Origin: Blasia pusilla
Lineage: Eukaryota
NCBI GenBank assembly: GCA_050084515.1
Contig: CM114271.1
Span: 14,694,001-14,758,000 of the forward strand
Reading direction: 5' to 3'
DNA length: 64,000 nucleotides
The notes under the pieces were generated by a model. That model was not told the origin of the DNA, did not search any database, and saw nothing but the letters and a program-made list of their open reading frames with translations. Position 1 is the first letter of the stretch. Each line of letters opens with the position of its first letter. Shown here in pieces: positions 39,880-55,076 of this stretch. A program made the translations under genes and the position numbers.

Positions 39880-40268
39880 CTGAGGGATTAAACGGATGAG
39901 TTAGATCTGGAACACCCCGCTATGCTTGTGGTGAGAAAAATATTGCATACAGCACTCCCTTAAACCAGAATAGACACACACACATATTGTAAGCTCTCTA
40001 TAGATATTTGGGTTGCAACGTGCACTCGAGCAACGAAAGAGTACACAGCCACCCCAGCAAGTGAGGCGATGGCAAGGAGGTTTCCGTCGCCATCGCTCTT
40101 CCTCTCCACACGCAAACTCTGCAACCACAACTTCCTGCATGCACACAAACACACACAGAGGGACCACTAATCCTCCCTACAAACAATCTCCACGCACACA
40201 CTGCAGCTCATAGAGAGGACGCTGGATGAGGTCTCGGAGAGAAGGATTACAGAATTGTAGTATGCACA

Positions 40269-43200
40269 CTAGTTAGAATGCCCGTGCGATGCACCAACAT
40301 CAAAATTTAGCATTTAAAATATTTAACATACATTCAATAACAAGCTCAGATAACGAATTCCGGGTGCGGAAATCAAGAGTTACTGGTCTAGTAGAAGATC
40401 TCGTGGCTTTGCAAACAGAGGATGTAAGAGTCTAGGAAAGTTCCCATGTGAGAGAACGCGAAAGCTTGGAGAAGCATACCTCCCGAAAAAGTGCACGGGC
40501 GATGTGATGTCCACCTTCGAACGTCTGGGTGAAACTAGCAGTCTCCAGAGGTTGAAGTCGGCCGTGCTAATTTCGATTTTGTTTTGATTTCATCGGAGGT
40601 GCTCCGGATCGTAAGCACGTTCAGGGTGAGGGAGGACGCCGGCAAAAGGCTTCACTATAAATCCTGCAGACGGAAGTGGAAGCAGCACAGAGATACAGGA
40701 GAAGAAGCGCAGCGTGCGTGAGGAACTAACCAACTTGCGAAGGAGTCGGAGAGCATTCAAGGAGCTTGATGTATACGAATAGCAGGGCCCACCTGGTGTG
40801 CGCGCTCGTTGATGAGGAGAGTTGGGAATCGGAAGCTTGAGAACGTCATCGATCGTCTACAGGTTCGTCCACGGCGAGGGAGTTTGCTCGTGACGGGCTT
40901 TTTGAATATTCGCGATGAAACATGTCGCGCTTTGCCACCAAAGTAGCAGATTCTGAAAACCCGTGCGATGCACCGGCGTTAAAATCTAGCGTATAAAAAA
41001 ATTAACATCGTGAAAAATATCTTTTATCGACTGGAAAGGTTGTGTAGAGGAAGTCTGGCGTGAATTTAATCCAACAACGATTCAGGCATTTGGCCCCACA
41101 GAGACTTGTCCATTGCTCCATGTTCAAAGCCTGTGCCCTCGTCTGCTTGCCCACTTCCCGGATCTACGGCGTCTAGATTCAATGCTCGAAATCATTCTTC
41201 CATCAGTGTAGAAGAACTCGAGCACGAAGATGACATTGCAAAAGATGAGGGGATTGGATGAATAAAACTTCGCCGTGGTTCAAGATACCCTGAAATTCGG
41301 GGTGAGAATCCATTCAGAGCGATGCGAGGAGAGAAACAGATTCCCTTCTCATCAACATCATCTCTGATTGATCTTCTCAAGGTCTTGGCCCATACAACCA
41401 ACGAGACTTCCTCCGTGACTGCAACTGATGCAGATTAAACTCTTGTGGATGCCTAACGTGTAAATGTCGAGCCAACCAGATAAATCAGTAGTATTTCCAT
41501 AGCCTCTTAGAGGAAACGGAGATGCAACCCCTAGGACCAGAAGCTTGAAACCAATCGATAATGAAATCCACGGCACCAGTGTCATGACACCATGGAGCTT
41601 CAGTAAAACGATCCCAGCAAAGATGTCTACGAACGATCGACACGAAATACTCAAGTATTCACAGTAGTGTGGAAAAACTACTGCAGCGATCACTACGACA
41701 AATCATGCGATCCCAGAGATGAGCGGACTGCTTGCCAACAGTGTTAGGACCTAAGGCTATTGTTCAGTTCGTAAGACCAAGAGAACATGTCCGACAGCGC
41801 TCGGCTCATAGCGAGGACCAATCAACACGTTACATTTCACGGAAACAAATCCTCCTGTATTCTCTGTGCATCCAACTCCACTCAAATCAAATGTCACAGT
41901 GCAAATGTCAGCGTTTCCTTCATAGGTTCTTGACGCAAAGGCCAACCATCTCCAGACAGCGTCGAAGACCAGTTCGAGATCGGTTCCTTTGAAAACTTGC
42001 AATTTCGTCCGTTGAAAATATCAAGGAATTGCAATCCATTGCAGTGATTACCTTTCATTACAGACAGGTTCCTTCGTAAACTTGCGATTTCGTCCATTGA
42101 AAAAATCAAAGAATTCCAAGCCATTGAAGCGATTACCTTTTATTTGAGACCGGTTCCTAGAACGATTGGACAGATATGGCTAAGAAGGAAGGAGGCTGAC
42201 GGCAATCAGAGCGAGACAGTCGTTAAGACGGGTTCGCAATGATTAAGAGTTGGAGTCAAATTGGAAGCGTCTTCCAATTCTTTCTTGGGATCACAGCTCG
42301 GCTAATCCGAAGCCTAGAGCGATGTGTCACGTGTATCTCCGCAGCGGCTATAATGCTTAATAACTTGTTCAATCAGCTCTCCAAGCCTGGATCGGAGCAA
42401 GTTCTCAGAACTTGTGAATGAATGAAAAGCACGTGCCATACTTCCAAACAATCGGGAGCCATTGGAAATTCAAAAAGTGGTTCAAGGTGCACAAAGAACT
42501 TCCGTTCGCCTCGGCAACAAGCGTCGTGAGTTTGTGAGCATGTCCTCTTGGAGAATTTTTAGGTGGTAAGAGTGTCCCTAATTTTTAGTGGCAGGTGTGC
42601 TCTGTCCATAATATGCACAGGTGAAGTAAGGTTTGAACAGAAAATAAGGTTTATAAAATTTATTACGTTTCGTGTGTAATTATTTTCCTTATTTTTATAT
42701 CCCTTCGGATGGATACAATCTCTAGATCTTAGATAATGTTACATATAAATGCAACAAAAGGTTGGCATTTGGTTTAGTCATAAAAAAAGAAAATTCAATA
42801 GGGAATTCCAATTTACATAAATCAAATGGCAAATCAAAATCTCATGCAATCAATGGAATAAAAATGCGATCTCCAATATTCTTCTGTGTGATAATTTCAG
42901 GAACAAGGAAGTCACCTTCCTTGTTTGAATGAAACTTTTCTTTCCTACTTTTCTTTGCTACAAACAAATTATGAGAAAATAGATATCATGAGAAAATACA
43001 TGAGTAGGTAAGTAAATGCCAACTTTTTTGCAAAGTTTGATCTTAGTCTTTTTAATATTCATAAGAAAATCGGGTCTAATAGGGAATTGAAACCTACATA
43101 AGTCAAATGATAAATTGGAATCTCATGCAATCAATGGAATACATGAAATAAAAATGCGATCTCCAATATTCTTCCCAGTGATAATTTCAGCATCGATGCA

Positions 43201-46200
43201 ATATCTCATAAATCCACGAATCACCAATCTTGTCCACTTTGCTTGTCCATGTGACCCATTCCTGTTTCGTAAGAGCGTGATTGGTGCACCAATATTCAAA
43301 CACAAACGATGCGGAAGAAGTCCAAAAGGGAAGCATGTGTTCAAGAATTTAGTTGCGTAGATATGACTCATCCCCTCTTTTGGAATAGAGTCGATGTTGA
43401 GGTAAATATGCTCATGTGCACAATATATAATGAATTAGTAAGAAAAAGTAATATTAGTGCTAAAACTTCCCAAAAACATATATAGAGGTACCGAGAAGAG
43501 AAGTAAAAAGGATTACCTCTCCATGAAATCGAGTCATAACGTCTGTATTTATGTCGTCAACATCTTTATTTCTTAGATTCAAAATAGTCGTATCTCTTAA
43601 GAAATCAATGTCATGGAATCGGCTAGGAAAATTGCCATAGATCAAATCAATAAGATCAAATATTTTGTTACTATTTGTAACAATTTCAAATGGTAATTGT
43701 ATAAAGTCTTCTCCCATATGAGGGTGCAAAGATACACGACCCTCTCCCACTTCCAATAACCAATCAGCAAAAGTTTTTTGTTCATCACGCAAATGACCAT
43801 CCAACCTTTGAACTCGCATGTTTGTTTTCAACTTCATGACCTTTACATTATACCAAAGAGACAACCTCTTTATGGTGGCTTGGATGATTTGCGGCCCATC
43901 CCCATGACAAACAACACGTAACACTTGATGAAAATCACCACCAAATACCATAAGTTTTCCACCGAATGGTAAGTGCCGTAAATCATCTGAAACAACTCTC
44001 ATACTATCATGCAAAGTTTGATTCACAACCTCAAAGGCATGACGATGAGCCATAGGTGCCTCGTCCCATATAATGAGCATCGCCTCACGGATTAAGCGCG
44101 CCCCATCACAATGGATCGATAAACTACCAACAAAAAGGGATGAAAATTAGAAGTTGTAATAATTGGAGTAATAAAATTTGACATTGTATTAACACAATTG
44201 AAGCTAATTAAAACAACTTATGATACTTAGTTGCAAGTAGAGCTTTCATGAAGATTAATGGGGATCTTGAAGCGCAAATGAGCAATACGTTATCCGTCTA
44301 ACAATAGAGCAGCTATACCAGCTGATCATCAACCAAAGCTATACCTCTTGCACTCCTTACACTTGCAAGGAGAAGATTATATATATGTAAAAAAATCCAG
44401 TTCCACCTGGACCATCGTTGAAAAAACCTTTTGGAGATGGGGGAGCATTCGCGCATATTTGATCAAGCTCATCATGTATAGCATCCCAGATAATGCATTG
44501 TCCTTCGTTTAGACATGCTTCTCCCAATTGCATTTGCTCAAATAATTCTTTTGTATCATATGATAGCTCTTGTTCCTCCAAATATGAGTGTGAACAAAGG
44601 CTTTCGAAATTAGCTTGGGGCATATGTGGAAAGTCAGATAGTCTCTTTCCTTGATCTTGTAAATAATAATCAACTTCCAATAATGTTGTATTCATAATAA
44701 CATCATCAACGCGAAGCTTAGGAATTCCTATTTTTGTAATGGAAGAGTTCCAAAAAAGATCCAAATCATGGTTAATATGTTGGATTCTCAATATAAGATA
44801 CAATTAGGAAGAAATTTTTTTATGTAAGGAGTGGTAGTATTGAATTCTCACCTGACGTCATTCATATAAAAGATCTTTTACCGATAGAACTAAGAACCGG
44901 CTCCATAGTGTAGCAGGTGTAGCAGGTGTTGTAAGCTAGAATAATTGCAAATAGACGTCAAAGTGAAGAACCCGCACGGATGATAGAAGCTTCTCCGAAG
45001 CAAGAAAACAACTCCGTATCATCCTCAAGAAGTTCCGATTGGATAGGAGCCTCCTTGAATGTTGGACACAATCCTATGAACAGTTCTCAAGCATTGGTAT
45101 GTAGTTGCTCCTCGAACGTGATGGAGGAGTAATCTCAACCAATGACGTTCTCCTTCACCTATGAAGAAGTGAAATAAATTAGCTCATCTATTATCGAATG
45201 TACAAAATTATGTGCTTACCGCCACTGATATATAAAAGAAAATTAAATATATACAAAACACTTTTTAGAATTTACCTGGATAAGTAAGGTATAAGAGGCC
45301 GATGGGATGACCCATTTTTTTATCCTACGAATCCACTTCTTGTTACTCCAATGATAATATGAAGGAAAATCTATATATAGATATTATCGAGTGATGGAGT
45401 CATATGTATTGGTTGCAAACCATTGGGTCAGAGTTGTCTCTCTATTTTGTTGCAAAACATCTTGAGGAAAAATGATGTAAACTATTTTTTGTTCAGGAAG
45501 ATGAATTGCTAATCGCACAATACATGGAAGTTTAGCATGTAGACTAAACTTGAACAAACGCCAACATGTCTCTGAAGAAGATATATATCTGGAGAACAGA
45601 ATATGAATCTTCAGAGTAATTAATATACCCTTAAAGTAAGTATAAATAACATGGTGGATGAGAAATAGAATATAATTCATGAGAGTAATTAATTAGCAAA
45701 AACATACTTTGCATCAAGGTATGATGTAGTCTCGTCAACAATGTCATTTGCATTGGATGTATCCATATTCTTTGACAATTTAAAGGACACGGCACCATAC
45801 ACCTTATAAACATATTTGTTTAAGTATTTAACGGCAAACACACTACTTGTGATTTCCAAGTTAATGTGACAATAAAAAATGGTGGATAGCATTGGATTGT
45901 AGGGCACAATCCAACGAGTGTCCAATGAATGTTCAGACTTGATTATTGCCCTCCCATTCTCCAAACTATAAAAACATAGTAAGAAATCATAAATACATCA
46001 ACGTCATATGCCCTATAGTAATAAATATAAGCAAAGATAAAAGAATCCTTATCTGCGAAAAATTGGATAACCGTCTTCCGTCTCTACAGTGTTGGCCGCA
46101 AAAGCTTTAAGATAGTCTTTTGTATATTTTTTTGTTTCCTTATCCATATATGGAGCATTAGGATTTAATGGTCCACATGGCCCATGAACCATGCGATTAG

Positions 46201-49100
46201 CAAGAGTAGAATACAACATTGGATGGATAGATTGATCAGGGAATTCAGTTGAAATGATACGATCATAATCATAAGTGGTACGTGATTTATCCTCATGACC
46301 TAATATAATAAGAACGTGCACATGCGGAAAACCTGTTTTGTGGAATTCCACCACATGGATGCATCCAACAACTTGACCCAATATTTTCTTCTTGATGATA
46401 AGTCGTAATAACTCCTTCTTTTTCTTCTAAAAAATCCGTATCACCAAATGTGATCGGCCTGCAGTTGATTGACCAAGGAGTAAGGCTGATGTAATCTCCT
46501 CCCACTTTGGATTATATGTCATGGTCAAAAAGTGGTCATGCTTTCCCAAATTCCTCACAATTGCCATTGCATCTTGATACAATTGATGTTTGTGATGTGG
46601 CCCTCCAATAAAAGAAGGAGATAACACAATGCGTCTCCCAAACCTTCGACTATCCACATATTATCAATGCATGGCATCTTTTACACCGTGATATCATTTG
46701 GCCCTCAACTCCTTCTGATTTAACTAAACCCAAGATAAGGGTTGCATCTCTATAGTGGCATAGAGGTCAATCATATATTCTTGGGTAAGTTGACCAAACC
46801 ACAATAACTGATTGTCATCTTCGCCTCCAGTTCGCGTTTGAATTCGAAAACATGCAAATTCCAGCGCTATAACACTCTTTGTTTTCCTTCCACAATAGTA
46901 TCAGCGTCAACTCTTCCTTCATCATCACCATCTTTTGAAGGTTCAATGTGTCCCTCCTCATGAATAATGCGGCCCAATTGTTGGGATTCTCTATAGCCTT
47001 TGATTCTCCCAAAGGGTATTCCAAGATGCCAACCAACTTCACAATAGATAGATAATAGAACAAAGTGTAATGGAATATATGCTTCATTGAGGTCAGATAT
47101 GCGCTTCACTCCCCTTCCATGTAGCCGTACAATAATATCACGATGGTCAACATGTTCACTTCCATCACCCAGCAAAATAGCAGCAACCTCAGAAGCAGTT
47201 GGTAAGTTATAACGCTTTGCATTGAGACCTCTCTTGCTTGCCTTGAGGATGATCTGCATATTAAGGTCACTTGCTTCATATGCCATATGACAAAAAAAAC
47301 TTCACATATGGATTGGATTCACATAATATGTCTTGTGGCCCTTTTAGAATGTCTATATTAAGATCAGATGATATGGACATAATTCTTCCACGATTCTCCA
47401 ATTCATTTGCAGTATCATGGATGTAGAGTTGAGCAATTTGGGAATGACCCCCTATCTCAAGATGTAAAAGGTCCAATAGAATGATAGATCCTGCCTTGGA
47501 CCCTAAAGTGTCCAGTGCCACCAATTTTTTCATTTACATACACTCCAGTAGATGCAAGTTGGAGTGCAAAATTGTAAGCTCGAGCATGTGTAAAAAGATG
47601 ATGACTTCTAGGATCAACACCCAGAATCAATGATTTCAAAAATGGAGGTGTTGATTTCAAAAGAGGTAACTCGATTCTCCCATGGCCATAACGCATACCA
47701 TATGTTGAATCACTAACTTTCTACCTTTGATAATTGCACATTTCCAATGCAAAACATAACATGATGGGCATATCTCTGTCATAGAACCCAATGTATGACA
47801 ATTGTTAGTACGATTCAAACTCCTTTGTAATTGCAACTTCTTAATATCACTTTCTTGGAAATTTGGTTGCCTTGCAAGATTGAGTAATGTATTCAATCTT
47901 CCAACCCCATTAATATTAGGCAACAGACGAATTCTAGAAGCATTTGGTATAGTGGCACTTTGTGGAGATAACACAACTCCATCAATGGTAGAAGATAGGT
48001 GATCTACTCTTAACCTTACTTCATCCCCCATATGGGAAAGAGTCGAAGAATTCTCAACAACTTCGTGTTCAACCTGAATGGGAAGAGTGGTAGGTAATTC
48101 AACCCATGGTGTCACATAAGTAGTTGGTATAGTCATGGATATATTCTCAATAACTTCATGTTCAACCAGAATGTGAAGAATGTTATGTAACTCAACTCGT
48201 GGTGTTACATAAGTAGTTGGCCTGGTCGTGGATATATTTTTGATAACTTGATTGAGTCCACTATCTGGTAACTCAAATCTTGATGATATACCAATGCGAT
48301 TTATGGATAGAAGGTTAGCTTCTTGATTTTCTCCTACCGTTACTCCATCCTCAATAAAAGGCCCGATAAAATATCAACATATTATAAAGAATAAATACAA
48401 ATAAAGATGACCAATGAAATATTTTGAGCGAAGATTAAAAAAATTTAGATATGTACCTCATAAACTGACTATCAATAGTCATGAGGTCCTTATTTGGAAT
48501 AGTTGAAATACTCTTAACTACCAAAGTAGGTTCAAGTTGAACATTAAGCGCTTTCCTTCTTTTTATATACTCTTGATAAGAACTCCTCTTCTTTTCTTTG
48601 AGAGCTTCCATTTTATCAGCAGGAATAACACGCTTTCATTTTTGGGCTTCGCCGCGTAGAACCTTCCAAAAATCACGTATATCGATATGATTTGATGAAA
48701 TGGGAAGTCTGGAACAACCAATGAATGTTAAGAACAAAGGGAGTTGAGATTATGTAGAGTGAATTTGAAAATACTAAATAGTGGTTAATGCATTCAACTT
48801 ACATTGGAGATATAACGAGGAGAAGTTCATCTTCAACATGTGTTTTTTTGTGCTAAGATTTCCTTGCGACGGACACTACTTTTTTGCTGCATGTTTGCTC
48901 GCATCAAATTTTGGAAGTCGTTCAAATCTGTTGGGTTTGATGGAACAAAAAGTCTTTGCAAAATTTCATGATCAGAGTATAAACTTAGGAAAAATGGCAC
49001 GGAAGACATCATCGTGGAAATGGAACAAAGCCATAAAGCAAAGGTGCTTACATTAGAGATGTGTTCTTCGATTCTTCAATTTGTGTCTCTAAAATTCGTT
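40269..49100 (-). mobile_element. Helitron with degenerate Rep-helicase
   Basis: Rep motifs FLTMTYNPKW, VEFHKTGFPHVHVL and YLNKYVYK; PIF1-like helicase DGPGGTG, LIIWDEAPM, VFGGDFHQ, GAPITLLRN; 3' end hairpin (cccgtgcgatgcacc, 40281-40295) plus CTAG|T at 40269-40272 on the minus strand. The 5' boundary is approximate. Confidence 0.88.
41030..42570 (-). pseudogene. Degenerate F-box-like gene fragments inside the Helitron 3' arm
   Basis: MDKSLWGQMPESLLD*IHARLPL at ~41040-41115 resembles an F-box motif; a weaker LQEDML..RLLP at ~42520-42560; ~85-bp tandem duplication at 41982-42156. Confidence 0.5.
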
Positions 49101-49269
49101 GCAGAATTGGTATATTTGTGATAACGTCGAGTGGTTGTCTCTCCAAGTCCAGTAATAATCCACCGACTCTCACCATCTATATGACACATCGCAAAACTAT
49201 TAATCAAACTTGAGAATTAAAATTAAATAATAAGAGAAATAAAAAAATAAATCCATTTAATTATAAAAA

Positions 49270-52200
49270 GTAGGATATCACAGGATAAAAAAACTCCATT
49301 ATGAACAAAGAAATTTTTCTCAATCAACACATCTCCGATACGAGTTTTGACAGATAGACAAGCACCATAGAGTTCACCTTTTTGGTTGTTAGCCGCTCGT
49401 AGTATCCATCCATGCCCTGTATCAATTGGCCACATCCCTTTGCGTATACACTTTGCGACATGATGTTGAACTCCAAACCATGATCAACAAGAGCCAAAAT
49501 TGACTCTTGAAGATAGCCAAGTCAAACTCTAGCCTCTGTCGTTGCACGCGCCCAATATGGCCGAGACTAGTGTCCACCATTGTGCCTTTCTTCACCTTGT
49601 TCTGTCAAGGCTTCTCCTACTCTCGCCTCTTCTCCTTATAAGTCAAGCTTTTGTCCAAAAACTTGGCAAACCTCTTCATCTTCTTCTTCTCTTATGTTAG
49701 TATCCAATGCGCTCACCATCACCATATTTGCACTCATCTGCCTTTTCCTTTTGATCACATCTATGATCAACTCATGAAAGTCACGTTTGGCTATGCCTAA
49801 GACTTCCCTAAAAGGAAACTCTATTTTCGCACCCAAAATCCTCTCCTCAAGAATCTCCTTCAAATTCGTGCTTATCTCTATATCAGATTGCAACTTGTAT
49901 GTAGGAGTTTTACCCTTGGTTTTCTTAGAAGACCTCAATTCTTTCTCCTTAATTCCACCTTCTTTCATATGAGAATCCATCATAAATTCAGATGTAGAAG
50001 GCCCTTCTTCTCTTGATGGTTGCGCCTCTGGTTGCCCTTTCCTTCTTGCGATCCTAGCTCTTCTTGTTGCTTCTTCAAGATCAACACCATCATTGTCGCA
50101 TCTCCTATTCTCCTCCATACTAGCATCTTGCCAACTACATTTTTCTCTTGTGCTAGGTATGGTTTAACACACCCAACTTCCACTGGATCATCCAATCCTG
50201 TTAGATGACGGATAGTCTCAGCCCCTCGTAGCATCACTTCTTGAGGAAATTTTAATGATTCACTTCTAGCTATAGATATAATAGGCGCTTCTATTTTTAT
50301 TGCAAAGATATCATAATCTAATGCTGTAGTGGCAACTCCCACTTGACCTCTCACTAAGCCTATCATTCCTCCTCTACCAAAGTTCGTATTCAACGACATA
50401 TCAGTCTGCGTTGAATGAATCTTTGAAGTTTACTATTCCATTCCTAAGAGCTTCTGAAAACTCATCACATTCTCGACGTTGATGCTCAACACTATCACAC
50501 CATATACATCTTCTCACAAAGTTCCTACTTGTCGAAGGAGCACCAACACTAGGATTCCTATCAAGTTTAAATTCAGCCATTTCTACTCTCAACTCTCTCA
50601 AACCTTTCACCAACTCATCAATGGCAAAATCTTCAAGCTTTGTTGACATGGGCTTAGGCAATGGATTTAAAATTGATACCTCAAACTTGAATAGTGCACT
50701 TCTACCTCTACTTTGACTTTACTTTGTGAGGATAACAACAACTTCTTCCACTTTCTTCCAATTAGTGTTGACACCTCCTTCTTTGGTCTTGTCCGCCAAT
50801 ATTATGAAAAGCTTGTCCTCCAAATTCTCATTAGCCGCCTCAAGGAATATCTCGGTTTTCCTCAAGTCTAGAGTTTCCCTTTCAGAAGAAGAAAGTTGAA
50901 AAAACCGCTTCTCAAACTCGGGCTACAATTCATTTGGAGTCATTCCCTTCCAGGGACGTTGCTCTATCCATTCTAGAAAACTTTTCTTAGTTGCACGATC
51001 CACATCATTATCGAAGATTCGCCTTTCAGAAATTGCTCATACTCCTCCCACGAGGTTGGATATTCTACTCTCAACTACTTTACTTGACTCCGGATCTTTG
51101 GTATTACAGCTAACTCAAAACTTGACACCATATCACCTTCGGATACACGGTTTACCTCAATCTCACAAACGTACTCTCGAATGTACTTGGTCATGTTTTT
51201 CCCATCAAATCTCCCCAACTTCTTTATAATCGTTTGTAGAGTCCTTTTTGATCTTTGCTCTCCTATGTGAACTCCTCTTTGCTCACTCAACAATGGTGTC
51301 AAAGTTTGGAGAAGATCCTCAACTCTCTTAGTTCCCATTGATGAAGTACTATCAAAAGTAGTCATCTTGATAAGACTCCAACTTGCAAACACAATCTACC
51401 GCCTCAAAGAGCTCTCAGTGGAAGCATCATGTGTCGTATCGAGAGTCTTTCTTCGGACCTTCTAGCTGCAGCAGACGTGGTTGATGCAAGTCACACTCTA
51501 TAAGAAGTTCTCATTTGTCACTAAAAAATTATTATGTAAACCCTCCATTCTCTCACGACATGAATCACGAATGGTAGTGTCGAGGCGATCACTTCTTCAT
51601 AAAATGTGACTATGAAATTCCTAACTATGAAGTCCATGTAAACTACTTTACATTTGTACACAAGAAAAATAACACAACTGGTGTTAAACCCTACTCGAGA
51701 AAGCCTATTGACGTCCATAGATTGCTATATAAGAACATACAAAGTACAATCCCATGTTCTTCCGTATGTGACTGTAGGAAAAATCACCCGACTTGGAGAT
51801 TGTATGACTTGGTTCATGAATTCCTTCCCAAAGTGATAAACTAGATAGCGAGTGAACTAGTGCCTATCTACAAAGAGAATCTTGACGTGGTACGGGTTAA
51901 GAAAAGGAAAATCGGACACAACTCGTGCTCCATTCATATCCATATTTGATAAACATTTTCTATTCTCCTCTAGAATGGATTTGGCGGAGTTGATTTCCCA
52001 AGAGAGGTAATCCACTCTCATTGGGAAAATAAAAATCCAAACCATCCACTATTTCTAGTATGACTAAACTCCCATAAGGTGACAAGTCTCTCATCTCCAC
52101 ACATACCACACACTATAATCCTCTCAAAAAGTATATCATGTTATTCTCAAGTTAATCCACTCTCATTGGAAGAGCAAGCAATCCCAAAGCCATCCGCTCA

Positions 52201-54310
52201 AGAGTGACATTAGAAACTCAAGATTTGAAGTAGAAGATGATGAACCCTTGAAGGTCCATCCTCTTTATATAATCACAAGGGATCCACAAAAGTACGAAAT
52301 ATGACTAATCTTATCTTGTGCCATATGGCTTCCTCCCAAGGCTTACCCAATCACATTTTGACATAAGTAGATTATCTCTTATATCTTCCAAAATATCCTG
52401 TTTTACTCACTTCATATCTTCCAAACTACTCCAACTACCCTAGCCACCAACCAAGACTACCTTTATTTTCTTTCATTAAAGCATCAATCCCACTACTTTA
52501 CTTTTATAATCTGATCTTTTATTCATTACCTTTTTTTCTAAAGTTGGGCCCGCACAAATGAGTCACCCTAAAGAGGTATAAACATGATAATTTCATTTTC
52601 CTAGGCTAATTTACTTAATACCAATAAAAATCTCTCTAACACTTAATGAGAGAGGATTTTACACATTGGGTGATTTTACTGTACGACATTCACCCCCTCC
52701 AAATATGCACATGCTCCGGTATATGCCAAAAATATATATACTTCTTGTTATTTCACTCACACTTTATTTTTGCTGTGTTTCTAAACACATTGAGTTTAAA
52801 TCAAAAAATCTCTCTCGTCTACGGAAATCTTGACCTTTTTTCCTACAATGGGCAGCTTGAGGATTATTCCATCTAGTTCACGTAGTTTGTAAGTGGCATT
52901 GTCAAAAGCAAAGACTACAAGGTATGGACCAAACCAACGACGTGCAAACTTCTTAATTGTACTATGCTGGTTTTTGAGGCTGTTGTCATGCACCAAGATC
53001 CAATCTCCTTCTCTTATAGGCTCCTTCCGAATTCGATGAGTTTTGTCAAAGCGCTACATATTTTTCAACCTTGCTTTCTTCATTTTGACTAATGCTTCTA
53101 CAATATCTTCTTCACGCCAATATAGCTCGTGTATTCGAACTGTGAGGAGCTCTTCCCTATCGAGCCCGTTCTCCCACGGCAAACCCATCCAAGTGGGAAT
53201 ATCTCCTTTGCTGGCATTCTTGGCTTTTGACATGTCATCAACTCTGTAGGCATGAACCCTATAACGGTGTTGTGAATGGTTTTGATTGCCCATAAAGCAA
53301 ATAGAAGCAATCTAGGCCAATCAGTATAACAATCTCCACACGCCTGTAACAATGCTTGAATAATTGGCGGATTTCCCGTTTCACTCTTGCCATTTGCCTC
53401 TGGATTCATGGAGGTTGTTAATCTCGATTGGACTCCATACCTCTTGAAGAACTCTCGTGCTTCCTCCGCATTCAGCTCACCTCTATCTCCATGGATTCTC
53501 CCGACACTCCCATATCAAGCAAAAATATCCTCTAGAATAAAACGACATATAGGCTATGTTGTTTTAAGTCCTCTCTTCTACAAAGTTGGAAAACTCTTCT
53601 CGTTCTAGGACCAAGTATCGCTTTCCCCAAAGACCTAGTGGCATAACAACTAGATCTATAACCCAATGATGATGAATAGACAAAGGATACGTAGGTTTAA
53701 GTCCATCTCTCATCCTCATTTTTTATTGAAACTGACATTCAACACATGACCCAACATATCTCTCAACATCCTTGTACATGCCTTTCCACAAATACCTCTC
53801 TTTTATCTTGGTGAAAGTTGCCCAAGTACTTCTATGTCCTACCCATAAAGAATTGTGGAATTCTTTGAGCACTTGCATTTTTATCCCAGTGTCATCCACC
53901 ACCCGTAAGGGCATTCCATCTCTCCTCTTTGGCCTTTTCCAAAGATATCCATTTTGTAGTAGATAGCCATATGCCTTATGCCGAATCTCCTTAAAGAACT
54001 TATCTATCCACCCTCCGTCCCTTTGCAGAGTGCTTCAATAGCGCCCTATTTCTTTTAACCTGCCTTCATACAAATTCTCTTTGAAGGCTAGAACATCCTC
54101 TATGCCACCCTGTTCTTGAGATGACACTTGCCATACATATGCATCATCCTCATCTATCTCAATTGCCTCCATATCTTCTTCTTGAGTAAATCTAGCTCTA
54201 GAGAACATATCAACTACTAAGTTCTCTTTTCCAGCTATATGCCTCAATTGTGGATTTAAGGACCTAATATAGGCTATCCAAGGTAACATGGCTATATCTG
54301 GACTTATAAA
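49270..54310 (-). mobile_element. Two tandem Ty3/gypsy fragments sharing one LTR
   Basis: RNase H end and integrase (HIAGKENLVVDMFSR, H..H..C..C, PEANGKSE, RWFGPY) at 52796-54289; PPT at ~52690-52700; LTR at 51516-52688 (TGTCA...CGACA); then gag (RFDGKNMTKY, CIWCDSVEHQRREC) and protease (ALVDHG) at 49270-51392. Confidence 0.8.
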
Positions 54311-55076
54311 ATTTACTGTGATTCCTAATGCGCTCCCTAGTTATGAAAGTTTAAGACGATGCTGGTAGGCTATGCAAATTAATTGCCATGTGTAGGTTTA
54401 GGAGTTACTATTTTATGTTCGGTCGGTTTAGGTTGAGGTCGTTCGCAAGTCCTCTGTAGTTTCTTACGCGGATTTTTGTACTACACAAAAATTGACCACA
54501 ATAGGTCGCTACCGCTGAAGGTATTGGGAGAGTACCTTCATTGTGGACTCTTCTATGGGGGCTATGAACCTCGGCACTTTGGTCTACATGTCTTATTAGT
54601 ATCATAACTCGCCCCGAGGCCAACAATGCCAGCTAGTTACATGTGAGTGCGCAAGTAGGGTTAAAGTCTAGAGTACTCGATCTGAGTACTTCGAGATAGA
54701 GAAGGCCAAGTGTAAAGCCATTCGTACATACATATTTCATCTTACACCGTGTATCCCCAAGCAACTTTCATTCTCAAGTAAGTTTTACATGTCTGTAGAT
54801 TACTATGCTACTCATGATCTACGGAGTTGAGTCTTCCTAGCTATCAAGTGAGAGCATAATCTAGATGTTCACTACAACACCTTTTCCTTTTTTCCCTTTT
54901 TGAGGCAACTTCTTAGTTGCGTCGAGATCTGAGCTAGGTGTAGTAGGTACAACAACAAGGCCGATTGAGCATCTCTCTGTCGATGGTGAACGACACTCTT
55001 ATGGGTTGGGTTGTGGTGTCTTCTGAAGTTTCTTTGCAGATTGTCCCTCAATAGCACATTCCTTTTCATTGCCAGG

